Shown here in pieces: positions 45,391 through 57,955 of a DNA stretch of 64,000 nucleotides. The stretch spans positions 29,016,001 to 29,080,000 of the forward strand of contig OZ024746.1 of the NCBI GenBank assembly GCA_964016885.1, read 5' to 3'. Source of the stretch: Eledone cirrhosa. Taxonomy: Eukaryota. A program made the position numbers and the translations under genes. The notes under the pieces were generated by a model. The model worked only from the letters and a program-made list of their open reading frames with translations. It was not told the origin of the DNA and made no database searches. Numbering within the stretch: the stretch's first letter is position 1; every line of letters begins with the position of its first letter.

Positions 45391-46160
45391 ATCTACATAT
45401 GCAAGATAATATTTGGTTGAATATAGAATCCAGTGACTCTCGCAGCTCAAGCCATTTTACTCCACATAGACCGCTTATGACTTTGAGAAAAGCAGGATTA
45501 ACATCCGGTGTCATTTCCATTGCTCTAATGATTTGTGAAGTTACAATCGAGTATACAAGTTTGTGTGTTGAATACGGTTGCCAGGCAAACGTCCTACACA
45601 TTCGACTATACTGAGTCCACAAAGTAATAACTATTAAAATTTAAAGAGTATTAATATATCTTTCGGATCTGTAGATCTATTGCTGATAATGTTCTCAATT
45701 TACAACTTTGCTGTTTCGTATATTGTGTTAATTTTATTGAATAAGCGCCATAAATTATACTTACCGAGATTCTTTCAAATACTCATGGAACCTTTTCCCA
45801 TCATCAACCACGAACAAACCACTCTGTAAACGCCCGTTTAATGTATATCACTCAAAATTGCCTTCATTGATTTTTCAATTATATTTAAAATAAATATTAC
45901 ATTTCTTATAAACTCCCCCCCTTTACTTTTTTTACATTCGTCTAAAATGTTCAAAACTGCTAAATCGTAATTTTATTTCTATATCTCCCTTTTATTTGAT
46001 ATTAAGTGGTAAAGTACATCAGAATAGATTCTTCAAAGAAGCTACACCACCATTGAACAACAATTATTACCTCCCTTTTTCATGCAACATCCTGAATCCA
46101 CTTTGTTTCACAGGCTTTGATGTTTAGAATATATATATATATAAATATATATATATATAA

Positions 46161-46209
<49 letters not shown>

Positions 46210-46656
46210 TACACACACACATATACATATAAATAAATATATATATATATATAAACATGTATATAGTATATATACATATAGAGATGCATATATATATACA
46301 TATATATATGTGTGTGTGTGTATAAATATATACATACATACATATAAACACACATACATACGTACATACGTACATACGTACATACATACAGGCATACATA
46401 CATATATACATACATAATTTGCTTTCCTTTATGTGACTGTTTTATGTTTGTTATTTATGCTTTTCCTTTCTGAGAAAATGTTTCCCTCGTTTTAGATCTC
46501 TTTCCTATGCAACATCCATCATAAACATTCTCTCGAAATCCATTTACTGTTTTTAGATTTTTCATTTATTTAGTCACACAAAAGATAATTTATGAATCCG
46601 CCCAAAGCTGGTTGCTTCGTTGTATTTTAACAAGTTTAAATTAGATGAGTATCCTA

Positions 46657-46703
<47 letters not shown>

Positions 46704-47222
46704 TATATATAGAGAGAGAGGGCGGGGGAGGAGGGGACAGAGAGGGGAGAGAAATAGGGGAGATAAGGGGAGAGAGAGGGGAAAGAGAGGCGAGAGAAAG
46801 AGGAAGAGGGGGAGTAGTGTAGTTAATACAAAGCTTTGTGAGATATGTAGTAAATGACGGATAAGTTTTTAACAGGCGTTACTATATCAACCCCGTACAT
46901 GCGCATACATTTTTCCAACACATAGGACCAATTAGGGAAAAAACCGCTAATCATTCGTTACTTTTGTCTTGGATTGTTTCAGCTTCGCATCTGAAAAGAG
47001 GGCTAATAGCCCTGAAATATCACGTTAAAATGCACTGGGTAAAACATTACTAGTTTTGTATTGTGCTTCATTTACCATCGTTTACCCTTCGTATTTTCTA
47101 CCGCAATCTACCGGCTTTTAGAAAACTTATCAGTCATTTACTTCATATATATATAAAAAATAATAATTTTGAAAGACAGGCAAATAAAACTTACCTCATT
47201 TTCCTTCTTGGTCCGGAGAAAT

Positions 47223-47321
47223 CAACTAAATAAATAATCAATTAAACGGAGCTAAGTTTAAAATGTAAGTTTTAAGAAATAATAGATAAATATTTACCAT
47301 ATATATATATATTATATATAT

Positions 47322-47377
<56 letters not shown>

Positions 47378-47473
47378 TTTACCATTTATATATATATGGT
47401 AAATATTTATCTATTATTTCTTAAAACTTACATTTTAAACTTAGCACCGTTTAATTGATTATTTATTTAGTTG
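47223..47473. repeat. ~80-bp inverted repeat across a (TA)n spacer
   Basis: 47223-47305 versus 47391-47473, one mismatch seen; short nested copies of the arm end lie in the spacer. Confidence 0.92.
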
Positions 47474-47497
47474 GTATATATATACATATATACATAT

Positions 47498-48110
47498 ATG
47501 GTGGCTGCCAACTCGTTTTCGAGTACGGCCACTACTTTATATCCATGTAGGACAACCCCTACCGATGCGCTGAACGAGTGTGACATTTTAGTCCAACCAG
47601 CGACTTGAAAACTCTGGTCCAAACACTACACTTGTGACAATTATTGACATATAGTGCTGGGCCCATGGTACCATGTGACGACAAGTGCAGAGAGATCTCC
47701 AGATATAAAGCAATGCCTGTGCCGTGAAGCTTTTATAGTGAGCAAAGGCACTGCACAAAGCCAGTCCCACTCTCTTAACCAAGATGATATTTACCAAAAA
47801 CAAGAACAAGTCAACATCATTGGATACCATCAGGGTTGCAGGTGTTATATCAGAGTTTTCCTTCTCCTAGAATTCTGCCTTGACAAAGGCTAAGGGGTCA
47901 TCTCTCCCGGTGATGATTTTGGATGGCCATTGACTCTTAAGAGCTCCTTTGCCCTTTGACAGGTTTTGTTTTTAGTCCTGCAGGATGTCCAAAGTCACCC
48001 TCCTCACCAAGAAACCTTGGTGGGATTGCCAGTTTAGACGCCAACGACCCGACCATGAGACAGGTTGTACTGGGATACATGTTACCAGTAGCACCAACTG
48101 GTGACCTGAC
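47498..48110 (-). mobile_element. Non-autonomous RTE-derived element, full length
   Basis: Near identical to 27392-28004, with the same 5' terminus gtcaggtcacca. Confidence 0.85.
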
Positions 48111-48132
48111 ATACATATATATATATACATAT

Positions 48133-48178
<46 letters not shown>

Positions 48179-48188
48179 GTATATATAT

Positions 48189-48569
48189 TAGGTCGGCCTT
48201 TATTTTTTTATTTTTTTAAGTTTCTAAAAGTTTAGCTCCCCCACCCCTATCCTGTTCCAATTAACAAAAAACAAATATCTGCAAAGCTTTAGCTCAAGCG
48301 GACAACTGTAAGGCGACCCTCATCAACTGAAATTTTGAAGTTTTTGCACAGAAAGTTATTTTTTCATAAAAAATTTTTCATATCATATAATTTTCTCTTA
48401 AATTAAAAACTTGTTCAGACATATTCTTGGTATTAGAAGTAACACTATATATAATGGGGAAGGCAACTTGCAAACCTGGGGACAGAGCGCAAGTATAGGG
48501 CAAACTCCTATTTTCCGCTATGGGAGCAGCAACATTTTAACTTTCGGAAAATTACCTATCGCCACACTA
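48189..48569 (+). mobile_element. MITE of the hAT-like family
   Basis: Ends TAGGTCGGC and (reverse complement) TAGTGTGGC; subterminal sequences match 10335-10425 and 8505-8559; 8-bp flanks atatatat/atatacat. Confidence 0.7.
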
Positions 48570-48633
48570 ATATACATATATCCGTATGTGGTTGACAATG
48601 AGTACTCGGTATTGAGTAATATATATATATATT

Positions 48634-48693
<60 letters not shown>

Positions 48694-48773
48694 GTTGTTA
48701 AACAATTTTCGATGATTATGTCAAAGAATGATTACATTTTAACCATTTAACATCTCAGGGTATGTCATGTATC

Positions 48774-48836
48774 ATTATATTTTGTCTGATGAGGACGTAC
48801 TGTTGTACATCCGAAATATGTATAATAAAATGTAAT
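48774..48836 (+). ncRNA. Type-I hammerhead ribozyme motif
   Basis: 12-bp stem I attatattttgt/ataaaatgtaat (two G-U pairs); CTGATGA 48786-48792; stem II ggacgtac-tgtt-gtacatcc; GAAA 48813-48816; minimal stem III AT-atgt-AT; predicted cut after A48824. Confidence 0.82.
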
Positions 48837-48876
48837 TGATCAAAAGAACATCTATTTTATTAATACTTATATTTTA

Positions 48877-48986
<110 letters not shown>

Positions 48987-49057
48987 ATATATACTCTCCT
49001 TACTATCCTTGCTCCCCTTTTCTCATTGTATTTGTATATAAACAAGTACATAGATAC

Positions 49058-50092
49058 AAGGAGAAAGGGAGAGCAAGGAGAGCAAGAATAAAGGGAGAGC
49101 AAATAGAGCAATGAGAAAAGGAGAGCAATGAGAGCAATGAAAAAAGAAGAACAAGGAGGGCAAGGAGAAAAAGGAGAAAGGGATAGCAACGAGAGCAATG
49201 AGAAAATGAGAGCAAGGGGAGCAAGGATAAAGGGAGAGCAAGGAGAGCAATAAGCAATGGAGAGCAAAGAGAGGAGGAATAAAAGGAGAGCAAGGAGAGC
49301 AATGACAAAAGGAGAGCAAGGGGATCACGAATAAAGGGAAAGCAGGGAGAGCAATGAGAAGCGGAGAGCAAGGAGAGCAATGAGAAAAGGAGAGCAAGGA
49401 GAGCAATTAGAAAATGCGATCAAGGGGAGCAAGGATAAAAAGAGAGTAAGGAGAGCAAGGAGAAAGGGAGAGCGATGAGAAAAGGAGAGCAAGGGGAGCA
49501 ATGAGAAAAGGAGAACAAGCAGAGCAAGAAGAGGTTTAGGCAAATATTGCTCAAATTATGCTGGAAGCAAACAAAAGTGAAGAAGAGGAAGAAGAAAATA
49601 AATGAACTGAAGTGGTACATTCTGCACCAAAATGACTTTTCTTCCTTTACAAACATCGAGTTTTCGTCTTTTGTAACTCCTGGTACAAAAACCTTCTTCC
49701 CGAGATTTTCTATCACCACCGATTTCTTCAACAAAGACCCTTCAGCATGGAAGGATGATCTTGGTTGCAAAAGTGGACTTGAAAAACTTGAGAAGACAGA
49801 TGCTGTGAATGATGTTGCAGAAAGAAGTGTCAAACTAATTCAGGATTAAAATAACATTCTCACAAAAGATGAAACTGAGAAACAATTTGTTTTACAGATC
49901 ATTACCGAAAATCGTAAAACATACCCAAATGTCACTAAATGTTCAATATTCAGTGTTCAGTGTTCATATCATGTTTTTGATTCTATAGAAATTATTGTTG
50001 TAAATAAAAATGCGTTTCTCTTAGAAACTGTGAAGTTGTGTGCTTTATTAAGTAAACCTAATATTTCTTAAGTTTTTCATGTTATTTCAGGA
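49058..50092 (+). mobile_element. Second copy of the minisatellite-bearing hAT-like derivative
   Basis: (ggagagcaa)n at 49058-49530; ORF 49547-49849 ends in VNDVAERSVKLIQD; reverse-complement homology to 9100-10320. Confidence 0.8.
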
Positions 50093-50471
50093 AATAGATA
50101 TAGATATCGAGAGGGGAAGAGTTTCGTGGTAAATGGTATAGAGAGGGGGAGAGTTTGGTGGTAATGGATATAGGGGGAGGATTGATAGAGATAAGATTTG
50201 ATAGATAGAGAGATGGGGAGAGCCTGGTAGTGATGGATAAAGCGAGAGGGAATGCGAGATAGTGTTGTATGGTAGATATAAAGAGGGGTGATAGTTTAGT
50301 GGTAATTAATATAGAGAGGCAGGTTGGGAGAGTGTGTTGTATATTAGATATAGAGGGGGGAGAGATTGATGTTTATTGATATAGAGAAGGCTATTGAAAG
50401 AGAGTTCCGTGTAATAGATATAGATAGGGAGAAAGTTTCGTGTTATTTGATATTTCGTGTTATTTGATATA

Positions 50472-50639
50472 TATCGGTAGAGGGTCGGACGCCATGCTTT
50501 CCAGCATAGTTACGTCCCTTTACGATCTGAGTTCAAATCCCGCCGAGGTTGACTTTGCCTTTCATCCTTACGGGGTCGATAAAATAAAGTACCAGTAATG
50601 CACTGGGTAATTGCTGGCCCTGTGCCTAAAGTAGAAACA
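50472..50639 (+). mobile_element. SINE family A inserted in a degenerate gatatagagagggg minisatellite (50095-50800)
   Basis: 13-bp duplication gttatttgatata at 50459 and 50640. Confidence 0.92.
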
Positions 50640-51155
50640 GTTATTTGATATAGAGAGGGGGATTGGAAGAGAATTGTGTGTATTAGATATAGAGAGGGGG
50701 AGAGATTGGTGATAACAAATAGCGTGAGAGGATTGATAGACATATGTACTGATAGATATAGAGAGGGGGAGAGTTTCGTGCTAATTGATATAGAGAGGGG
50801 GATTGATCAACTCATCACCTAACGATAATGAGCTGAACATAGAATTCACTAAGCCATGCGACTTCACATTAGCTTTATGTATTACATGTTTATACACAAC
50901 GCAGTGGTTAGAACAGTCAGCTGGTATCTGATGGCTATGAGGTTCGATTCCTTGTAGCAATCCTAAGTCACTTTTTTCTTCTTGATTTTCCTATTTATAA
51001 CAACTGTATTTATAGATACATTCTGCGTCTGAGTTTCATATATTTTCTATGAACATATAATCCATTAGCACTATGAAAATTCGAAATTTTCACACGCTAT
51101 ATATATATATATATATTCATATAAAGAGATAGAGAGAGAGAGAGAGAGTGTGTGT

Positions 51156-51222
<67 letters not shown>

Positions 51223-51225
51223 TGT

Positions 51226-51289
<64 letters not shown>

Positions 51290-51441
51290 GAGAGAGAGGG
51301 AGGGAAAGAGAGAGAGAATTAATTCCACAACAAATTAACAAAACATAACACAATTTGTTGTGGAACTAAGTCTATATCGAACTCGTCCTTTGGAATGAGT
51401 GCTCTACCAACGTTAGATATAATGTCCCGGTTTTTCACTAT

Positions 51442-51504
<63 letters not shown>

Positions 51505-51767
51505 AACAACACAATATAATTATTCCATTACCCAAGGATTCACGAAGACAGGCTACCCCAACAGAATCGTCCGAAATCGTTCATGAGAAGGAAAATTTTA
51601 TAATATTTAATATTATTAAATATATTATTCCGGACGACTCTGTTGGGGTCGCCTGTCTTTATGAAACCTTAGGTAATGGAATAATTATACCCTGTTGTAT
51701 ATTACATAAGTAAATAACTCTGTACATAGAGAACTCTACTTTCCTTTAACTTTTCTACGGAAATACG

Positions 51768-51809
<42 letters not shown>

Positions 51810-51810
<1 letters not shown>

Positions 51811-52285
51811 GTATAGGATTATCCAAGATGTAGTAATGGTTAATCACTACACTGGATATGGTTGACGTACGGTGAGAGGTTACTCTACGAGTTATGGAAG
51901 AATTGTTGAAGAAACTTAGTTCCTGATCCTTCTGTATTCCAGAGTGTATATAAAGAATGAATAATAACAGGTAGACATCATAAAAGGTAATTTATTCCGT
52001 GTGCTTACAAATGTTTCCACGGTGGTACTACAGCCTAGTTATGCTATGTGCAAATTTACAAGTATTTGCAGAACTCAAATATCCAATGCTGTGACCACTG
52101 TATCCTCAGAGGATACAGTGGTCTGAGGTTACAGTGGTCACAGCATTGGATATTTGAGTTCTGCAAATACTTGTAAATTTGCACATAGCATAACTAGGCT
52201 GTAGTACCACTGTGGAAACATTTGTAAGCACACGGAATAAATTACCTTTTATGATGCCTACCTGTTATTATTCATTCTTTATATA
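51810..52285 (-). mobile_element. Penelope-like module P3 with 163-bp-arm palindrome (51947-52285)
   Basis: CTGAGGA at the apex; stem II tacagtggt/accactgtg; GAAAC-attt-GTA; (TA)n on both sides. Confidence 0.7.
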
Positions 52286-52776
52286 TATATATATATACAT
52301 ATATATTGTAGTACAGTATAGTATTGCAATAGGTTTGATAGAAGAATATATAATTCTATAAATTATTTAAAATGCCAAAAGCCAAAGTAATGTATGCTTC
52401 AAAATGAATGTTTAATGTCATTTTCGAGTTTGGAATGTATGGAGTTATTTTAGAACACACCAAATCATAGGCAATTCTGACACATGCAACAACAGATTGT
52501 AGTTTTAAATAGTTTATTGTCAAAAATAAATTATTTAGAAAAGACAACGTAATTGCTTCGTGAAATATATGAGCAAATGTTATATCATTTGTTTTCTGAA
52601 AAAACCTCCTTTAATGTAATATTCTTTGTGTTACATTTGAAAGGTGGTTGTTAAAATGTTCAATGACCAGATTTTGGTATCGTTTAAAAGATATTTACTC
52701 TTTTACTGTTTTCCTGCTTTCCATTTCAGAAAGAAGTTATATAAATGTCTGAAACTCTACAGCGGCAAATATTTAA

Positions 52777-53448
<672 letters not shown>

Positions 53449-53712
53449 ATGTATGTAAAAGGTAAACAGAAATAACAACACAATCGGAACAGTATATGGA
53501 AGGTGTATATTAGGTTAAGGCTTGATATGGCAGATAGGGTCTTAACGTTGTGAACCCTAATCCTTCATCAGAAGAAAGAATGAGAAATAAAATAGATTGA
53601 GAGGACGGGCGGGATGGAATTGGGAAAAATGTCTTCAGATAAAAATAACAGGTCCATTCATGTTGACATCTCTTATGCACAAACACACATATATTTCTAA
53701 AGCACACACAAA

Positions 53713-53813
<101 letters not shown>

Positions 53814-53932
53814 ACACATATATATATATAAAAACATCAGAAGAAAGAAGAATACTGCGTGGTTGCAAATGGGCTACATATGATAAAAATAGACCTTCGT
53901 CAGTGATTTTCCAACCATCATTGGTATTTCAT

Positions 53933-53976
<44 letters not shown>

Positions 53977-54269
53977 CTTATCCTCCACACATATATATAT
54001 ATATATATATATATGTGGAGGATAAGAAATTAGTCATAGAGAATTGACAAAGCCTCGATCGTTTTCTCATTCCCTCAGTGATACAATTAAGTTTGTAACT
54101 TCGCCTTTCATCCTTACGGGGATCGATAACATAAAGTACCAGTAATGTACTGGGTAATTGCTAGCCTTGTGCCAAAAGGAGAAACAATTATTAAAACTAC
54201 AAACCCATTTAACAGAGTGTACACATTCGTAAATAAGTAAGACACGCGACTTTGTCTGGGTATTATATT

Positions 54270-54392
54270 AAGACTACATGACCCGTCCAGCTGGCGCCCA
54301 GCTAGGTATACCTGCCCCCACCACTCCACTGCAAAGATACCACACACCCTCCCGTGTCACATTGTCCTTCCGACTCTCTCTCTCTCTCGCTC

Positions 54393-54443
<51 letters not shown>

Positions 54444-54560
54444 AACTAACACTTTAATTGTATCTCTCTCTTTCTAAAGGCCTATCTCTCTCTTTACCTC
54501 TCCCTCTGTTTTTCTGTCTCTCTCTGTAGATGTGTGTGTGTAGTTTACCTAATCTGTCTC

Positions 54561-54645
<85 letters not shown>

Positions 54646-54748
54646 ATATTGAAGGGAGATACGGAAACTAAAACAGTGTTGTCATATAGTGAGTGAAGAG
54701 CGACAGAGAGAGTAAAGCAGTTAAACTATAGAGAGGGGGAATATCTTA
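54270..54748 (+). mobile_element. Possible Helitron/Helentron-type non-autonomous element; a related segment is repeated at 57110-57685
   Basis: Starts actacatgacccg; 54640-54745 is homologous to 57372-57575; the latter ends in ctttataatattatagat. Classification is from recall only. Confidence 0.35.
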
Positions 54749-54765
54749 CATACATACATACATAC

Positions 54766-54822
54766 ATGATGGCTGCCCCCTCGTTATCGAGTATGGCCAT
54801 TGCACGAGAGAAGAAAAAAAAG

Positions 54823-54870
<48 letters not shown>

Positions 54871-56822
54871 TATACATATATATTAATAACAATTATAATA
54901 ATAATCACAACAATAATAACGACAACAACAATAATAATATACATATATATATATATATATATACACATACATGCACGCACATAAACATATCTAAACACAC
55001 ACACACACACACACGATAGCAACTAACAGCGCTGAGATCGAATGTGGCTTTTTAGCCCAGCCAATGATCTAAAATGTCTTGCACAGAGTCGGCAACCAAA
55101 ACACTCACTGGGAATAGCCGGCTGCGGTTGGAGTTCATGTACTTTTGCATGTCGCTTGAGCCCTCCTGCTGATTTATATTCTCTACCACATGCTTGGCAA
55201 GCATGATGAGTAGCATCTCCAACAGCAGCCTGGTAGTCAACCACTGGTCTTACTTTATGACTGCGAAGATGACTTTCGAGTCCAGCTTTGCTTAGGCAGA
55301 GTCTCGCACAGACGCTGCATGTCAGCGCCATAGGAGGACCCTCTCCGTCTGGAAGTGCAACAGCAATGCCCTTCCTCACATCCCGCTTTACTTTCTCGTA
55401 TGCGATTCGAGATGCCTCAAAGGCAACTTTTCCCTCATTTACAGTCTTTCTCCATTTATTACGATCATCAGCAATATTTCCCCATGTATCAGCAGAGATG
55501 TTAGCGTCTTTCAAAGAGGCTTTCAATGAGTCCTTATACCTCTTTTTTGGTTTATGTGGCGGTCGTTTTCCTTTAACTAACTCTCCATAAAAGAGTTGTT
55601 TTGGTATTCTAGAATCCTTCAGATTTCACTATCAAGGTTGCTGTATCGATTGACAGCGCTTCCCAGGTAAACAAACTGATCAACCACGCCAAGTCGTTTA
55701 CCATACACATACATATTTGGTTCAGTGTACTGCTTACCAGGGGCAGGTTGGTACATGACGACGGTTTTCTTGAGACTGACAGTCAATACTAGTGCAGTGC
55801 AAGCGTCAGAAAATGCATTCAAAATGTGCTGCATATCACTCTCTGTGTGCGCTACAAGATCGCAATCATCTGCATACAAGAGGTCTCTTATGATTGATGT
55901 AAATACTTTTGTCTTTGCAGCAAAGCGCCTGAGGTTCGATATCGGATGTAAACACCATGCTCGCAATTCCTGAATGCAATACAGAAAACCATTGCAAAGT
56001 ATATGGCAAACAGGGTCGGTGCTGGAATATCCCCCTGTTTCACTCCATTTTTTACTGAGATAGGCTCTGACATGTTACCTCCGAAATTAACCCAAGCCTT
56101 CATGACGTCATGGAAAGACCCAACTAAAGCAAGGAACTTATCAGGGCAACCAAGTTTCTGGAGAACCTTCCATAATGCATTTCTGTTAACAGTATCGAAA
56201 GCTTTTGTTAGATCGACAAAAACCTGATACAGACCCAAACCTTGTTCCATGCACTTCTCCTGGAGCTGTCTAGCTGAGAAGATCATATCAGTAGTGCAAT
56301 GTGTGTCAGCAGACGGTCCAAAAGCACCCTACATAAAACTTTCCTGACGACAGAAAGCAATGATATACCTCTGTAGTTCCCACAATCATTCATGTTACCC
56401 TTTCCCTTGTACAAGTCCACCACAACTGCATCTCTCCAGTCCTCAGGTACGGATTCATTAGCCCATATCCTGCCAAACAAAGAGTGAAGATGTTGCAGGA
56501 GTCTCTCACCACCATATTGTAGGAGCTCAGCATGTATGCCATCCATACCTGGAGACCTTCCACTGTTCAGCTTCGAGATAGCCACTGCAACCTCCACAAG
56601 CGTCAGAGGTTCTGCAAGAGCTACTTTCACAGGACTTTCGGGAATGAGATTGAGGAAATCTTCATTGACGACAGACGGCTGATTCTAAAGATCATCAAAG
56701 TGCTCTCGCCACCTTCGTAGAATTCCTTGTGAGTCACGAAGAATTTCTTTGCCATCCTTGCTGCGAAGCGGTGTCACCAGAGAAGAAGACAGTCCATAAA
56801 CCTCACGCAAGAGACTGTACAA
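54766..56822 (-). mobile_element. 5'-truncated, frameshifted RTE-BovB-like LINE (ORF2 pseudogene) with three C-terminal C2H2-type zinc fingers
   Basis: RT motifs SPGMDGI, NYRGISLL, FVDLTKAFD, GVKQG, LLYADD, FVYLGS across ORFs 56283-56630, 55888-56286 and 55619-55966; internal deletion near 55619; fingers in ORF 55023-55526; probable 3' end at 54766-54810. Confidence 0.92.
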
Positions 56823-57883
56823 CATACATACATACATATAAAGTATAGATATGTGTGTGTGTGTGTGTCTGTGTTTGTGTATGTGTATGTGTGTTTTTGT
56901 ATGTGTGAATGTGCAAGTGTGTGTCTGTGTGTTTTGTTTTGATGTTATCCAGCAATTGGCGAAATCAGGTGTGAAAGTATGTGTATTTGTATGTGTGTGT
57001 GTGTGTGTGTGTTACTTATGCGAGCGACGACAGAAAAAGTGTGTGGGATACATATATTATTATATTTGTCTGTATTTTCGTTCTGCAACCATTATATTTT
57101 GATATTTGTATCCAAATGATTTTAGATGTATCTATTACCTCCTTTCCCGTCCCTCTGTTTCTCTTTCCCTGTCTCTCTCCCTCTCTCTCTCTCTCTCCTC
57201 TCTCCTCTCTCTCTCTCTCTCTTTAGATGTGTGTGTGTAGTTTTCCTAATATGTCTCTTTCACTCTCTGTCTCTCTAAGAGGGTTGCCTTTTGATGTATG
57301 TATTACCTGCTTGCGTGTTGACCGAATTTGAAGGAGGTTATCCTTTTGAAATAAACATACATACTCTATGTTGATATATTGAAGGTAGATACGGAAAGTA
57401 AAAGAGTGTTGTCATATAGAGAGTGAAGAGAGACAGAGAGTAAAGCAGTTAAATTATAGAGAGGGTAAAAGAGGGAGAGAGAGAGAGACGACGCTCAGCT
57501 TTATAATATTAGAGAGTGAAGAGCGACAGAGAGAGTAAAACAGTTAAATTATAGAGAGGGGGAATGATCTATTATAGAGAGAGGGAAGAGCGACGGAGAG
57601 AGTAAAGCTAAGAAACTATAGGGAGGTGTGTAGGATACATATATAATACATACACACGACACTCAGCTTTATAATATTATAGATATCAAAATCCCGGACT
57701 ACGACTTGGCTACTACAATTTCTGTGTTGACAGAAATTAGCTAATATCAGGAAACTACTAAATTTGGCTTTAAATTGCTATCTCAATGGGTGTTAGCCTC
57801 CTACGAATGGAAAGGTCCGTTTTGTCGGTTAGTGTGACGCAGTGACGATCAACATGTGTAGTAGTAAACCTAGACTTTTAGTG

Positions 57884-57950
<67 letters not shown>

Positions 57951-57955
<5 letters not shown>

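Noticed and set aside
53510-53582. Minus-strand CTGATGA with a downstream hairpin
   Set aside because: No GAAA, stem III or UH follows; at best a broken relic.
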